From Candidatus Rokuibacteriota bacterium (GTDB lineage: Bacteria > Methylomirabilota > Methylomirabilia > Rokubacteriales > CSP1-6), in contig JACPCX010000042.1 of the NCBI GenBank assembly GCA_016184305.1, positions 1 through 13,115 on the forward strand: 13,115 nt of DNA, written 5' to 3'. The position numbers and the translations under genes are program-made. Below are positions 1 through 7,935 of the stretch, piece after piece. The notes beneath the pieces were generated by a model that saw nothing but the letters and a program-made list of their open reading frames with translations, ran no database searches and was not told the DNA's origin. Positions within the stretch are counted from its first letter, which is position 1; each line of letters begins with the position of its first letter.

Positions 1-1
1 G

Positions 2-151
2 GCGATCGGGATCCGCCCCGACGCCGAGGTGACCGCCGCGGTGGACGGGGAGCTGGTGGAGCGGGGCACGCTCCTCTCCGACGGCGCCAAGGTCATGCTG
101 CTGAGCCCCATGGCAGGGGGAGCCGAAGCCGGAGGCGAGGCGACCAGCTGA
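2..151 (+). CDS. MoaD/ThiS-family sulfur carrier protein, 3' part (5' truncated by window), with a 9-aa extension after the GG motif
   Basis: Manual translation from base 2: AIGIRPDAEVTAAVDGELVERGTLLSDGAKVMLLSPMAGG-AEAGGEATS*, stop TGA 149-151. The L-x-D-G-x-x-V-x-L-L-x-P-x-A-GG ending is typical of ThiS/MoaD, and it lies next to an AOR gene. Not in the ORF track. Confidence 0.8.
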   Translation, partial: AIGIRPDAEVTAAVDGELVERGTLLSDGAKVMLLSPMAGGAEAGGEATS

Positions 152-272
152 GAGATGGGCCAGGGCCGTTGGCGGCTGCGCCGGATAGCCGGGGGAGCCG
201 CAGCCGCAGGCGAGGCGACCAGCAGAGAGATGGGCCAGGGCCGTTGGCGGCTGAGCCCGGATAGCAGGGGGA
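101..272. repeat. Imperfect tandem repeat, 75-bp period (about 2.3 copies), REP-like
   Basis: 116-190 (gggggagccgaagccggaggcgaggcgaccagctgagagatgggccagggccgttggcggctgcgccggatagcc) is nearly repeated at 191-266. The submotif ctgagccc..at.gcaggggga occurs in related form near 101, 176 and 251. Confidence 0.9.
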
Positions 273-284
273 ATAGGAGACACG

Positions 285-2143
285 GTGGACAGGCATGGCT
301 ACTGGAACAAGATCCTGCACGTGAGCCTCGGGGACGGGCGGACCTGGGTCGAGGAGCCCGGCGACCGCTTCTTCCGGCGCTACGCTGGCGGCCGCGGATT
401 CATCGCCCACTATCTGCTCACGCAGGTGCCGAAAGGCGCCGACCCGCTGGGGCCCGACAACATCCTGGTGTTCGCTCCCGGCTGGGGCCCGACAACATCC
501 TGGTGTTCGCTCCCGGCGTGGTCACGGGCGCCCCCGTCCCGGGCGCTGGCCGGCACAGCGTCGGTGCCAAGTCGCCGCTCACGGGCGGCTTCGGCGAGTC
601 GGAGTCCGGCGGCTACTGGGGCGCCGAGCTCAAGCGCGCGGGCTGGGACGCGATCGTCGTCCACGGCGTGTCGCCGGCGCCCGTCTACCTCTGGATCAAT
701 GACGGCGCCGTCGAGCTTCGCGATGCCGGGCCCCTCTGGGGGCGTATCACGGGCGAGGTCGAGGAGGCGATCGTCTCGGAGCTCGGCGACCCGCGCATCC
801 GCGTCGCCCAGATCGGGCCGGCCGGCGAGAACCTCGTGCGCTTCGCCTGCATCGCCAACGATCTGAACGAGGTGGCCGGGCGCACCGGGATGGGCGCCGT
901 GATGGGCAGCAAGCGGCTCAAGGCCATCGCCGTCCGTGGCCGGAGCCCCGTGAAGATCGCCGACCAGCCGGGCCTCACCGCCATCGCCAAGTGGGTCTCG
1001 TCCACCATGAACGAGAAGCACCGCGCCTTCCACGAGTTCGGCACGGGCGCCGCGATGCAGGGCAAGAGCCTCGAGGGCGGCATGCCCGTCCTCAACTACC
1101 GTCTGGGCGCCTCCGGCACGGTGGCCAGGGTGGACGCCGTCGCCGTGCGCGACCAGGTGCGCGTCAAGATGACCTCGTGCTACTCGTGCTCGGTGCGCTG
1201 CAAGAAGATCGTCCACATCGAGCGGACGGAGGAGGCGGCGCGCGAGGCGTCGGAGACCGTCTACCAGGGCCGCGCGAAGGTTGCCGTCGATCCCGGCGGC
1301 CGGTACCGCGTGGATCCCCGCTACGGCGGCCCGGAGTACGAGTCGCTCGCCGCGCTCGGCGTCAACCTCGGGCTCGACGATCTGATCGCCATCTGCAAGT
1401 CGAACGAGCTGTGCAACTCCCTCGGGATGGACACGGTGTCTCTCGGCGCCACGCTCGCGTGGGCGATGGAGTGCTTCGAGAAGGGCCTCCTCACGCTGGA
1501 GGACACGGGCGGCGTCCCGCTTCGCTTCCACGACGCCGACGGCGTGGTCGCGCTCGTCGAGATGATCGCCCACCGCCGGGGCGTCGGCGACCTCCTCGCG
1601 GAGGGATCGCAGCGCGCCGCGCGCCGGCTCGGGCGCGGCGCGGAGGCGTTCCTGACCACGGTGAAGGGGCTCGAGATGGCGATGCACGACCCGCGTCACA
1701 TGCCGATCATGCGCGCCTCGTATCTGCTCGCCCCCACGGGCGGCGACCACATGCGCCAGACCGGCAACCGCAACGGCCTGCGTAACCAGGTCGGCCTCTG
1801 CCACTTCCTCGCCTACGACGACAGCCAGTCGCTCCAGATCCTCAAGGCCGTCACCGGCTGGGAGGTGACGCCCGAGGAGCTGGTGACGATGGCCCACCGG
1901 GGGCTGACCCTCGCGCGGCTCTTCAACCTCCGCGAGGGCTTCGGCCGCGCCGACGACCGGCTGCCGGCACGGTTCAGCGACCCGCTGCCCAAGCACGCCG
2001 GCCTCACCCCGGAGCAGCAGGACACGATCGTCACCGACTACTACATCGAGCAGGGCTGGGACGCAGCCACGGGCGCGCCCACGACGGAGACCATCCGCGC
2101 GCTCGAGATCGAGGACGATGCCGCCCACGCGGTGTCGCGATGA
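285..2143 (+). pseudogene. Aldehyde:ferredoxin oxidoreductase (tungsten AOR family), frameshifted by a 35-bp duplication
   Basis: N-terminus in ORF 285 (GTG after GGAGA; GYWNKILHVSL...GGRGF...DPLGPDNILVFAPG), remainder in the frame of ORF 155..2143: KSPLTGGFGES, GRTGMGAVMGSKRLKAI, CYSCSVRC, GPEYES, GMDTVS, VKGLEMAMHDPR, GLCHF, FNLREG. Removing one repeat copy gives a 607-aa open frame. Confidence 0.88.
446..515 (+). repeat. Exact 35-bp tandem duplication inside the AOR gene
   Basis: gctggggcccgacaacatcctggtgttcgctcccg at 446-480 and at 481-515. Confidence 0.97.
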
Positions 2144-2169
2144 CACGCACCCAAACGAGGAGAGACGAC

Positions 2170-2769
2170 ATGGCTCAGCTGAGGATTCCACTGGACGCGC
2201 AGCGCTTCGCCACGGGCCTGACCTGGAAGGACTACATGGCCCAGATGGGCGACACCCGCGCCCGCACCGAGGACAACTACCAGAAGGCGGTGCTGACCGA
2301 CGAGGAGCGGAAGTTCTTCGCCGGCATCAGCCAGGTGCGCCATGTGCTCATGCTGGCCGAGAACTGGTGCGGCGACGTCCACCGCAACTCGCCGCTGATC
2401 GCGCGCATCTGCGAGACGATGCCGGGCTGCGAGCTGCGCGTGTTCTTCCGGGACCAGAACCTCGACCTCACGGACTGCTTCCTCAACCACGGCTTCCGCT
2501 CCATCCCGATCGTGGTCTTCTTCGACAAGGACTGGAACGAGCTCGGCCGCTGGATCGAGCGCGCGCACGCAGCGACGGCCAAGGTCGCCGGGATCCGGGC
2601 CCGGACGCTGGACGCCGCGCCGAAGGACCAGCAGGACGCCGCCATGGCCGAGTACCGCAAGCTGGTCACGGCCGAATACGACGTGCCCGGCGGCCCGCTC
2701 TGGCGTGCCGCCGCGGCCGAGGTGCGGCTCTTGCTGGAGACGCGGCTCGGCCTGGCGCCCAAGGCGTAG
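2170..2769 (+). CDS. Thioredoxin-fold protein (Thioredoxin_9-like)
   Basis: AENWCGD motif, RSIPIVVFFD cis-Pro strand, ELGRWIER. ATG 2170 follows a GAGGAG RBS and is preferred over ATG 2140. Confidence 0.82.
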   Translation: MAQLRIPLDAQRFATGLTWKDYMAQMGDTRARTEDNYQKAVLTDEERKFFAGISQVRHVLMLAENWCGDVHRNSPLIARICETMPGCELRVFFRDQNLDLTDCFLNHGFRSIPIVVFFDKDWNELGRWIERAHAATAKVAGIRARTLDAAPKDQQDAAMAEYRKLVTAEYDVPGGPLWRAAAAEVRLLLETRLGLAPKA

Positions 2770-2834
2770 GGACGCCCGCGCCGCGACCGGGGACATCGGT
2801 CATCGCCCGTCCGCGGCGGCGGAGGGTGGAGGGG

Positions 2835-2872
2835 TTGACTCTCCGCGCTCATGTGGTCACAATGACCACATG
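2835..2872 (+). promoter_or_regulatory. Sigma70-type promoter and palindromic operator of the TA operon
   Basis: TTGACT (2835-2840), 17-bp spacer, CACAAT (2858-2863). A perfect inverted repeat CATGTGGTCA-caa-TGACCACATG (2850-2872) overlaps the -10 box. Confidence 0.75.
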
Positions 2873-2898
2873 CCACCAGTCCCAGCGGGGGTGCGTGC

Positions 2899-3186
2899 AT
2901 GAGCAAGGCCGTCGGAGTCCGGGAGCTCAAGACCCGTCTCGGGAGCTATCTCCGCGATGTCCGGCGCGGGCGGACCATCGTGGTCACCGACCGGGGCGAG
3001 CCCGTGGCCGAGCTGCGGCCGATCGCGCCGGCGAGGGCCGGCAGTGGCGCGGAGATCGATCGGCTCGTGGCCCTCGGGCGCCTCACCAGGGTGTCACGGG
3101 CGCCGCTGGCGCCATTCCGCCCCATCAGGCGGAAGGGCCGCTCGCTCTCGGATGCCATCGTCGAGGATCGGGAGGATCGTTTCTGA
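2899..3186 (+). CDS. Type II antitoxin, Phd/YefM family
   Basis: VGVRELKTRLGSYLRDVRRGRTIVVTDRGEPVAELRP is the Phd/YefM N-terminal signature. 95 aa, directly upstream of a PIN toxin. Confidence 0.9.
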   Translation: MSKAVGVRELKTRLGSYLRDVRRGRTIVVTDRGEPVAELRPIAPARAGSGAEIDRLVALGRLTRVSRAPLAPFRPIRRKGRSLSDAIVEDREDRF

Positions 3187-3611
3187 TCCTGTACGTCGAC
3201 GCGAGCGCGCTGGCGAAACGCTACGTCGACGAATCCGGCAGCGCCGGAGTCCGGAAGCTCCTCGCGAGCGGCGGTGTCGCGACCAGCCGTCTGTCCGAGG
3301 TCGAGGTCGCGTCCGCGCTGGCGCGGCGCTGCCGGGAGAGAACCCTCACCCGGCGCGAGCTGGATCGGGCGCTGGCCGCTCTTCGAGCCGACATCGACTC
3401 GATCGCCCTGATCGAGCTCGCCGCCGAGGTCGCCCAGACGGCCGTCGTGCTCCTCGCGCGCCATCCGCTTCGCACCGGCGATTCCGTGCAGCTCGCGTCC
3501 TGCCTGTCCCTCCGGCGCCAGGTCACGGAGGAAGTGCGTTTCCTGGGTTACGATGGGCGCCTCAACGCTGCCGCGCGCGCCGAAGGGCTGGCCCTCATGA
3601 TGGCGGGCTAG
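3183..3611 (+). CDS. vapC: Type II toxin, VapC/PIN-domain ribonuclease (apparent CTG start)
   Basis: (L/M)ILYVDASALAKRY..E...SRLSEVEVASAL...LRTGDSVQLAS...FLGYDGRLNAAARAEG carries the PIN acidic residues. GGAGGA at 3171-3176. CTG 3183 overlaps the antitoxin TGA. It is the 3' part of ORF 2118..3611. Confidence 0.88.
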   Translation: MILYVDASALAKRYVDESGSAGVRKLLASGGVATSRLSEVEVASALARRCRERTLTRRELDRALAALRADIDSIALIELAAEVAQTAVVLLARHPLRTGDSVQLASCLSLRRQVTEEVRFLGYDGRLNAAARAEGLALMMAG

Positions 3612-3674
3612 GCGCGTGGCGCTCGGCCCTTGGACGTGCTCGGATCGGGTGTCGGGCTCAACGGCGGTAGCGCC

Positions 3675-3842
3675 ATGATCAAGACCTCGTATCCCCTCAA
3701 CACCGACGAGGACATGGCCGGGCATGCGCTCGGCGATGCCGAGCGCGCCGCCCTCCAGGCCGGAGACATCGGGAAACTCTACGAGCTCGGCGCTAACCCA
3801 TATTCGATCCGCCGGGTGTTCAGGCGGCGCTTCGCGATCTGA
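3675..3842 (+). CDS. Small LigA-like protein (extradiol dioxygenase alpha-subunit-like), apparently internally shortened
   Basis: MIKTSYPLN-TDEDMAGHALGDAERAALQAGDIGKLYELGANPY resembles the LigA-type pattern Y-x-L-N ... L-x-x-x-E-R-x-A-L-x-x-x-D...L-x-x-x-G-x-N-x-Y. 55 aa from ATG 3675. Confidence 0.45.
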   Translation: MIKTSYPLNTDEDMAGHALGDAERAALQAGDIGKLYELGANPYSIRRVFRRRFAI

Positions 3843-3864
3843 AGCCCCGCGTGCGCGCTCGCTG

Positions 3865-6117
3865 ATGGGGCAGTTCGGGATAGGGCAGGGGATCAGGCGC
3901 TTCGAGGATCTCCGGCTCCTGCGGGGCCAGGGCCGGTACCACAACGACGTCAACCTCCCCGGCCAGACGCACGCCGTTCTCGTCCGCTCGCCGCATGCCC
4001 ACGCGCGGATCCGCTCCATCGACACCTCCGCGGCGCTCAGGGCCCCGGGAGTCCTCGCCGTCCTCACCGGGGCCGACGTGGCGCGTGACGGGCTCGGGAC
4101 GATGCGGATGACGCTCCGGCGCCAGCGGCCCGACGGGTCGCCGATGTTCGCCTCCCCGCACCGCGGCCTGACCCAGGACCGCGTCCGCCACGTGGGCGAC
4201 CCTGTCGCCCTCGTGATCGCCGAGACGCCCGCCGAGGCCAGGGACGCTGCCGAGCTGGTGGACGTCGACTACGAGCCGCTGCCGTCGGTGACGGCGACGG
4301 CGGAGGCCGCGGCGCCGGGCAGCCCGCCCGTGTGGGACGAGTGCCCCGACAACATCTCCAACGTCTTCGAGGCGGGCGACAGGGCCGCGGTCGACGCGGC
4401 CTTTGCCCGGGCCCACCGCGTGGTCCGCCGCCGCTACGTCATCACCCGGGTGCACGCGCAGTACATGGAGCCGCGGGGCGCGCTGGGGGTCTACGATCCC
4501 GGCGAGGACCGCTACACCCTCTATGCGGACGTGCAGTACCCTCACCGCGTCCGGAACGCGCTGGCGAGCCACATCTTCAAGATCCCCGAGCACCAGATCC
4601 GCGTCATCGCGGGCGATGTCGGCGGCGGCTTCGGGACCAAGGGCTGGCAGTACCCCGAGCACAGGCTGGTGGTGTGGGCGGCGCGCAAGGTCGGCCGGCC
4701 CGTGAAGTGGGCCTGCCAGCGCCATGAGGCGATCCTGGCCGACGAGCACGCGCGCGACAATGTCAGCGAGGCGGAGCTGGCGCTGGACGCGGAGGGGCGG
4801 TTCCTCGGCCTGCGCGTCCGGACGCTGGCGAATGTCGGCGCCTACGTGTCCTCGGACCGCAACCTCCTCGCGACCTTCGCCAACGTGTTCACCCTGGTCG
4901 GCGTCTACGCCTTTCCGGCGGCGCATGTCCACGTGAGCTGCGTCTTCACCAACACCAATCCGACCGCGCCGTACCGCGGGGCCGGCCGGCCGGAGGCCAT
5001 CTACGTCATCGAGCGGCTCATCGACGATGCCGCCCGCGAGCTGGGCGTGGACCCGGTGGCGCTGCGCCGCCAGAACCTCATCGCGTCCTCGGCGATGCCG
5101 TTCCGCACCCCGCTGGGGATGACGTACGACTGCGGGGAGTTCGAGAAGAGCATGGATGCGGCGCTCGCGCTCGCCGACGTGGCGGGCTTCGCCGCCCGGC
5201 GCGAGGAGTCGCGCCGGCGGGGCAAGCTGCGCGGCATCGCCGTGGTCAACGCCATCGAGCGGGCCGCCTCCCCCGGGCCCGAGTTCGCCGAGCTGCGCTT
5301 CAACCCCGGCGGGTCGGCGACGATCTTCATGGGCACCAAGAACCAGGGCCAGGGCCACGAGACGACGTTCAAGCAGATCCTCCACGAGCGCCTCGGGATC
5401 GCACCGGAGGAGGTGCGCTTCATCGACGGGGACACGGACCGCGTCGCCTTCGGCATGGGCACCATGGGGTCCCGCTCCACGGTCATCGGCGGCACCGCGC
5501 TGTGGATGGCCGGCCGGTTCACGGTGGCGGGGACTGACCGCGCCGTCGCGCTGAAGGAGGTGGCCCGGGCCGCCTTCCAGCCCGCTCAGATCCCGCCCGG
5601 CCTCGAGCCGGGCCTCTACGAGACGGGGACATTCTCGCCGCCGGCCGACACCTGGCCCAATGGCTGCCACGTCTGCGAGCTGGAGATCGACGAGGCGACC
5701 GGAGCCGTGACGCTGTGCCGCTACATCGTCGTGGACGACGTCGGCACCGTCATCAACCCGCTCACGCTCAAGGGGCAGATCCACGGGGGCGTGGCCCAGG
5801 GCGTGGGCCAGGCGCTCATGGAGCAGGTCCAGTACGACCCCGAGAGCGGCCAGCTCCTGACGACCTCCTTCATGGAGTACGCCATCCCGCGCGCCGACGA
5901 CCTGTGCGACATGCACATCGAGAGCCATCCGGTCCCGACCACGCTCAACCCCCTGGGGGCCAAGGGCGCCGGTGAGGCCGGAACGGTGGGTGCCCTGCCC
6001 GTGGTCATCAACGCCGTCATGAATGCCCTGGCGCCGCTGGGCGTCCGGCATCTCGACATGCCGGCGACGAGCGAAAGAGTCTGGCAGGCCATCCAGGCCG
6101 CCAGGGCGACGCAGTGA
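3865..6117 (+). CDS. Xanthine dehydrogenase family molybdopterin-binding large subunit (CoxL/CutL-like, not form I CO dehydrogenase)
   Basis: GIGQGIRRFEDLRLLRGQGRY, RSPHAHARI, DVGGGFGTKG, PYRGAGRPE, QGQGHET, GQIHGGVAQG, NPLGAKGAGEAG. Start ATG 3865 gives 750 aa. The form I AYRCSFR motif is absent. Confidence 0.92.
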   Translation: MGQFGIGQGIRRFEDLRLLRGQGRYHNDVNLPGQTHAVLVRSPHAHARIRSIDTSAALRAPGVLAVLTGADVARDGLGTMRMTLRRQRPDGSPMFASPHRGLTQDRVRHVGDPVALVIAETPAEARDAAELVDVDYEPLPSVTATAEAAAPGSPPVWDECPDNISNVFEAGDRAAVDAAFARAHRVVRRRYVITRVHAQYMEPRGALGVYDPGEDRYTLYADVQYPHRVRNALASHIFKIPEHQIRVIAGDVGGGFGTKGWQYPEHRLVVWAARKVGRPVKWACQRHEAILADEHARDNVSEAELALDAEGRFLGLRVRTLANVGAYVSSDRNLLATFANVFTLVGVYAFPAAHVHVSCVFTNTNPTAPYRGAGRPEAIYVIERLIDDAARELGVDPVALRRQNLIASSAMPFRTPLGMTYDCGEFEKSMDAALALADVAGFAARREESRRRGKLRGIAVVNAIERAASPGPEFAELRFNPGGSATIFMGTKNQGQGHETTFKQILHERLGIAPEEVRFIDGDTDRVAFGMGTMGSRSTVIGGTALWMAGRFTVAGTDRAVALKEVARAAFQPAQIPPGLEPGLYETGTFSPPADTWPNGCHVCELEIDEATGAVTLCRYIVVDDVGTVINPLTLKGQIHGGVAQGVGQALMEQVQYDPESGQLLTTSFMEYAIPRADDLCDMHIESHPVPTTLNPLGAKGAGEAGTVGALPVVINAVMNALAPLGVRHLDMPATSERVWQAIQAARATQ

Positions 6118-6234
6118 GCTTGTTCGCCGGTCCCGGGCGGGAGGTGGAGGTGGGGAGGCCGCCCCCAGGGTCCCGGCGAAGTCGGCTGCTCGGATCCCGA
6201 GCTGGCCCATGGGCGAGGTAGTGCCTGGGGTTGA

Positions 6235-7234
6235 CCCGGTTTGGATGTCGAGCTTGACCAGCTGTGTGCCCTCCGGCTTCCGGGTCTCGTGGGGACTGTC
6301 CAGGGCCCGCACGCGGTCGCGCGCGTGGCGCTGCAGCGGGGAGACGAAGACGGCCTTGGGCCGCCGATGGCGCTGGTAGCGGGCCCCGCGGCGCGCGAAA
6401 CCGCACGTGTCGCCCACGTACAGCCAGTTGCTGGCGCGATAACAGGTCCCGCGACAGCGCGCGCCGTCGACGAAGGGTTCGGCCAGCAGGAGCGTGTGCC
6501 CAAAGACCGCTTCCCAGTCCCGCCGCAGGCGCCGCAGGTTCGCGGCCAGGATGCGCGAGGCGAGGGAGGGCACCGTGACGTCGGGCAGGATCAGAAAGCG
6601 GACGTTGTTGACGAGCCAGGGCAGCCGGCGCGCGCGCGTCGGGGCGTCCCAGCCGAGGGAGCGATCGCGCGGGGGGGTTGTGCAGCGCGGCGGCCGCCCA
6701 GCCCACCAGCGCGACCAGCGTGTCGCCGACGAACGCGACATAGCGCAATGACTCGCCGACGAGCCAGCCACAGGCAAGATAGTGGGAGCGCTGCATGGTC
6801 TGGCGCCACCCCGGGTGCTCGGCGGGCCGGATCGGCCGCACCACCAGCGGCCCGGTCAGCGCCGGGCCCGCCGCGCCGGGCTCCAGGCCGCCAAGCACCG
6901 CCTCCGGCCCCCGCGCGGCCCTGCTCGGCGCCGCGCAGTTCCCCGGCCGTCGGGCCGCGGGCAACCGGATGAAGCCCCGGCGAGCCAGCCGCAGCACCAG
7001 CACGCGGCACGAACTGACCGCGAACTGGCCGTTGGGCCGAGCCCACCGCAATCGCCGGCAGACCTCCCGCGTGATCGCTTCGCGCCTCAGCCCCGGCCGC
7101 CCATCGATGACGCGCTGACTCCGCGCGAACTCCCGCGACCCGAGCCGACTGCCGCGATAGCAGACGGTTCGGGGGGCCCCGCAGCTGGCGCTTGGCGCGC
7201 TCTGGGTGACCGCCATCCGCTCGCTGTGGCACAT
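6235..7234 (-). pseudogene. DUF4338 / DruA-like protein remnant (often IS/transposase-associated), frameshifted
   Basis: N-half in ORF 7234 (EVCRRLRWARPNG, HYLACGWLVGESLRY). C-half in the frame of ORF 3820..6777 (RDRSLGW, LVNNVRFLILP, LASRIL, DW, LLAEPFVD, GTCYRASNW..VGDT.G). The frame changes at a C7 run (G7 on + strand, 6671-6677). No local stop codon, so the 3' end is approximate. Confidence 0.75.
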
Positions 7235-7330
7235 CGGGGCCGGCCGAGTTCAGCGCGTTCTGGCTATTCCCCCGAAGACTTCATAGGTTCGCGCCGATCA
7301 TGACGAGGCCGTGAGCTCACCTCAAGGAAA

Positions 7331-7360
7331 GTGCCCCGACGCCCGAAAATCCAGTAGAAT
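7331..7360 (+). promoter_or_regulatory. Possible promoter for the BREX operon
   Basis: TAGAAT -10-like hexamer at 7355-7360 in the relatively AT-rich divergent intergenic region. The -35 match is poor. Confidence 0.3.
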
Positions 7361-7406
7361 ACGGCTGTTTCGCACGGTCCCATCGGCGGACAAGGCGGAG
7401 AACAAC

Positions 7407-7904
7407 GTGGCCGATCCTTTACCCGATCAGATCGTTCGGAAGATTGACGAGGTCAAGGACGGCTATCACCGGCTCGTCCTCGTCGTCGCGCCTGAAGGGG
7501 CGGGCAAGACCGCCGTGCTCCACACGGTCGGTGAGCGCCTGGGAGCGCCATGCATCAATCTCAACCTGGAGCTATCGCGGAGGCTCCTCGACCTCACGGA
7601 ACGCCAGCGCTCGCTGCATGTCCAGGAACTGGTCGAGGAAGTCGTCGCCGAGACCGGCGCCGACGTGGTCCTGCTCGACAACATCGAGATCCTGTTCGAT
7701 CCGAAGCTCCAGCAGGACCCGCTCCGCTGCCTGCAGCAGCTCGCGCGACGCCGCACGGTGGTGGCCACGTGGGGCGGCGCGGTGGCGCACGATGGAGCCA
7801 TCTCGGCTGTGCTGACCTACGCCACGCCGGGTCATCCTGAGTACCGGCGATACTCCGCGAACGATCTGACCATCGTGACCCAGGTGATGGCACCTATCGC
7901 ATGA
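7407..7904 (+). CDS. brxF: BREX type 3 P-loop protein BrxF
   Basis: [16 protein letters not shown] (Walker A-like), [47 protein letters not shown] 7407 follows GGAG. 165 aa, immediately upstream of a large ATPase. Confidence 0.85.
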   Translation: MADPLPDQIVRKIDEVKDGYHRLVLVVAPEGAGKTAVLHTVGERLGAPCINLNLELSRRLLDLTERQRSLHVQELVEEVVAETGADVVLLDNIEILFDPKLQQDPLRCLQQLARRRTVVATWGGAVAHDGAISAVLTYATPGHPEYRRYSANDLTIVTQVMAPIA

Positions 7905-7935
7905 GCGGCCACGACGCCGCACGCGAGTCCCAGCG

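Noticed and set aside
101..272. CRISPR array
   Set aside because: Only about two units, no unique spacers, no cas genes in view.
155..480. N-terminus of the 662-aa ORF
   Set aside because: It translates the repeat and the wrong frame. The real AOR N-terminus starts at GTG 285.
410..2191. Long antisense ORFs opposite AOR (and similar ones opposite brxC and DUF1828)
   Set aside because: Expected shadows of high-GC coding strands, with no recognisable motifs.
2779..2818. Intrinsic terminator after the thioredoxin gene
   Set aside because: An imperfect GC hairpin (gaccg...cggtc within cgccgcg...cgcggcg) exists but has no U-tract.
2118..3611. 497-aa ORF as a long PIN fusion
   Set aside because: It overlaps the thioredoxin and antitoxin genes in another frame with Arg/Pro-rich junk. 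Only 3183-3611 is VapC.
3865..6117. Bona fide aerobic CO dehydrogenase CoxL
   Set aside because: Active-site loop is PYRGAGR rather than AYRCSFR, and there are no coxM/coxS or accessory genes.
3820..6777. 985-aa minus-strand ORF
   Set aside because: Only about 6235-6670 is protein-like (DUF4338 C-half). The rest is the antisense shadow of the GC-rich molybdoenzyme gene.
6235..7234. Complete Druantia system
   Set aside because: No other dru genes in the window and the gene is degraded.
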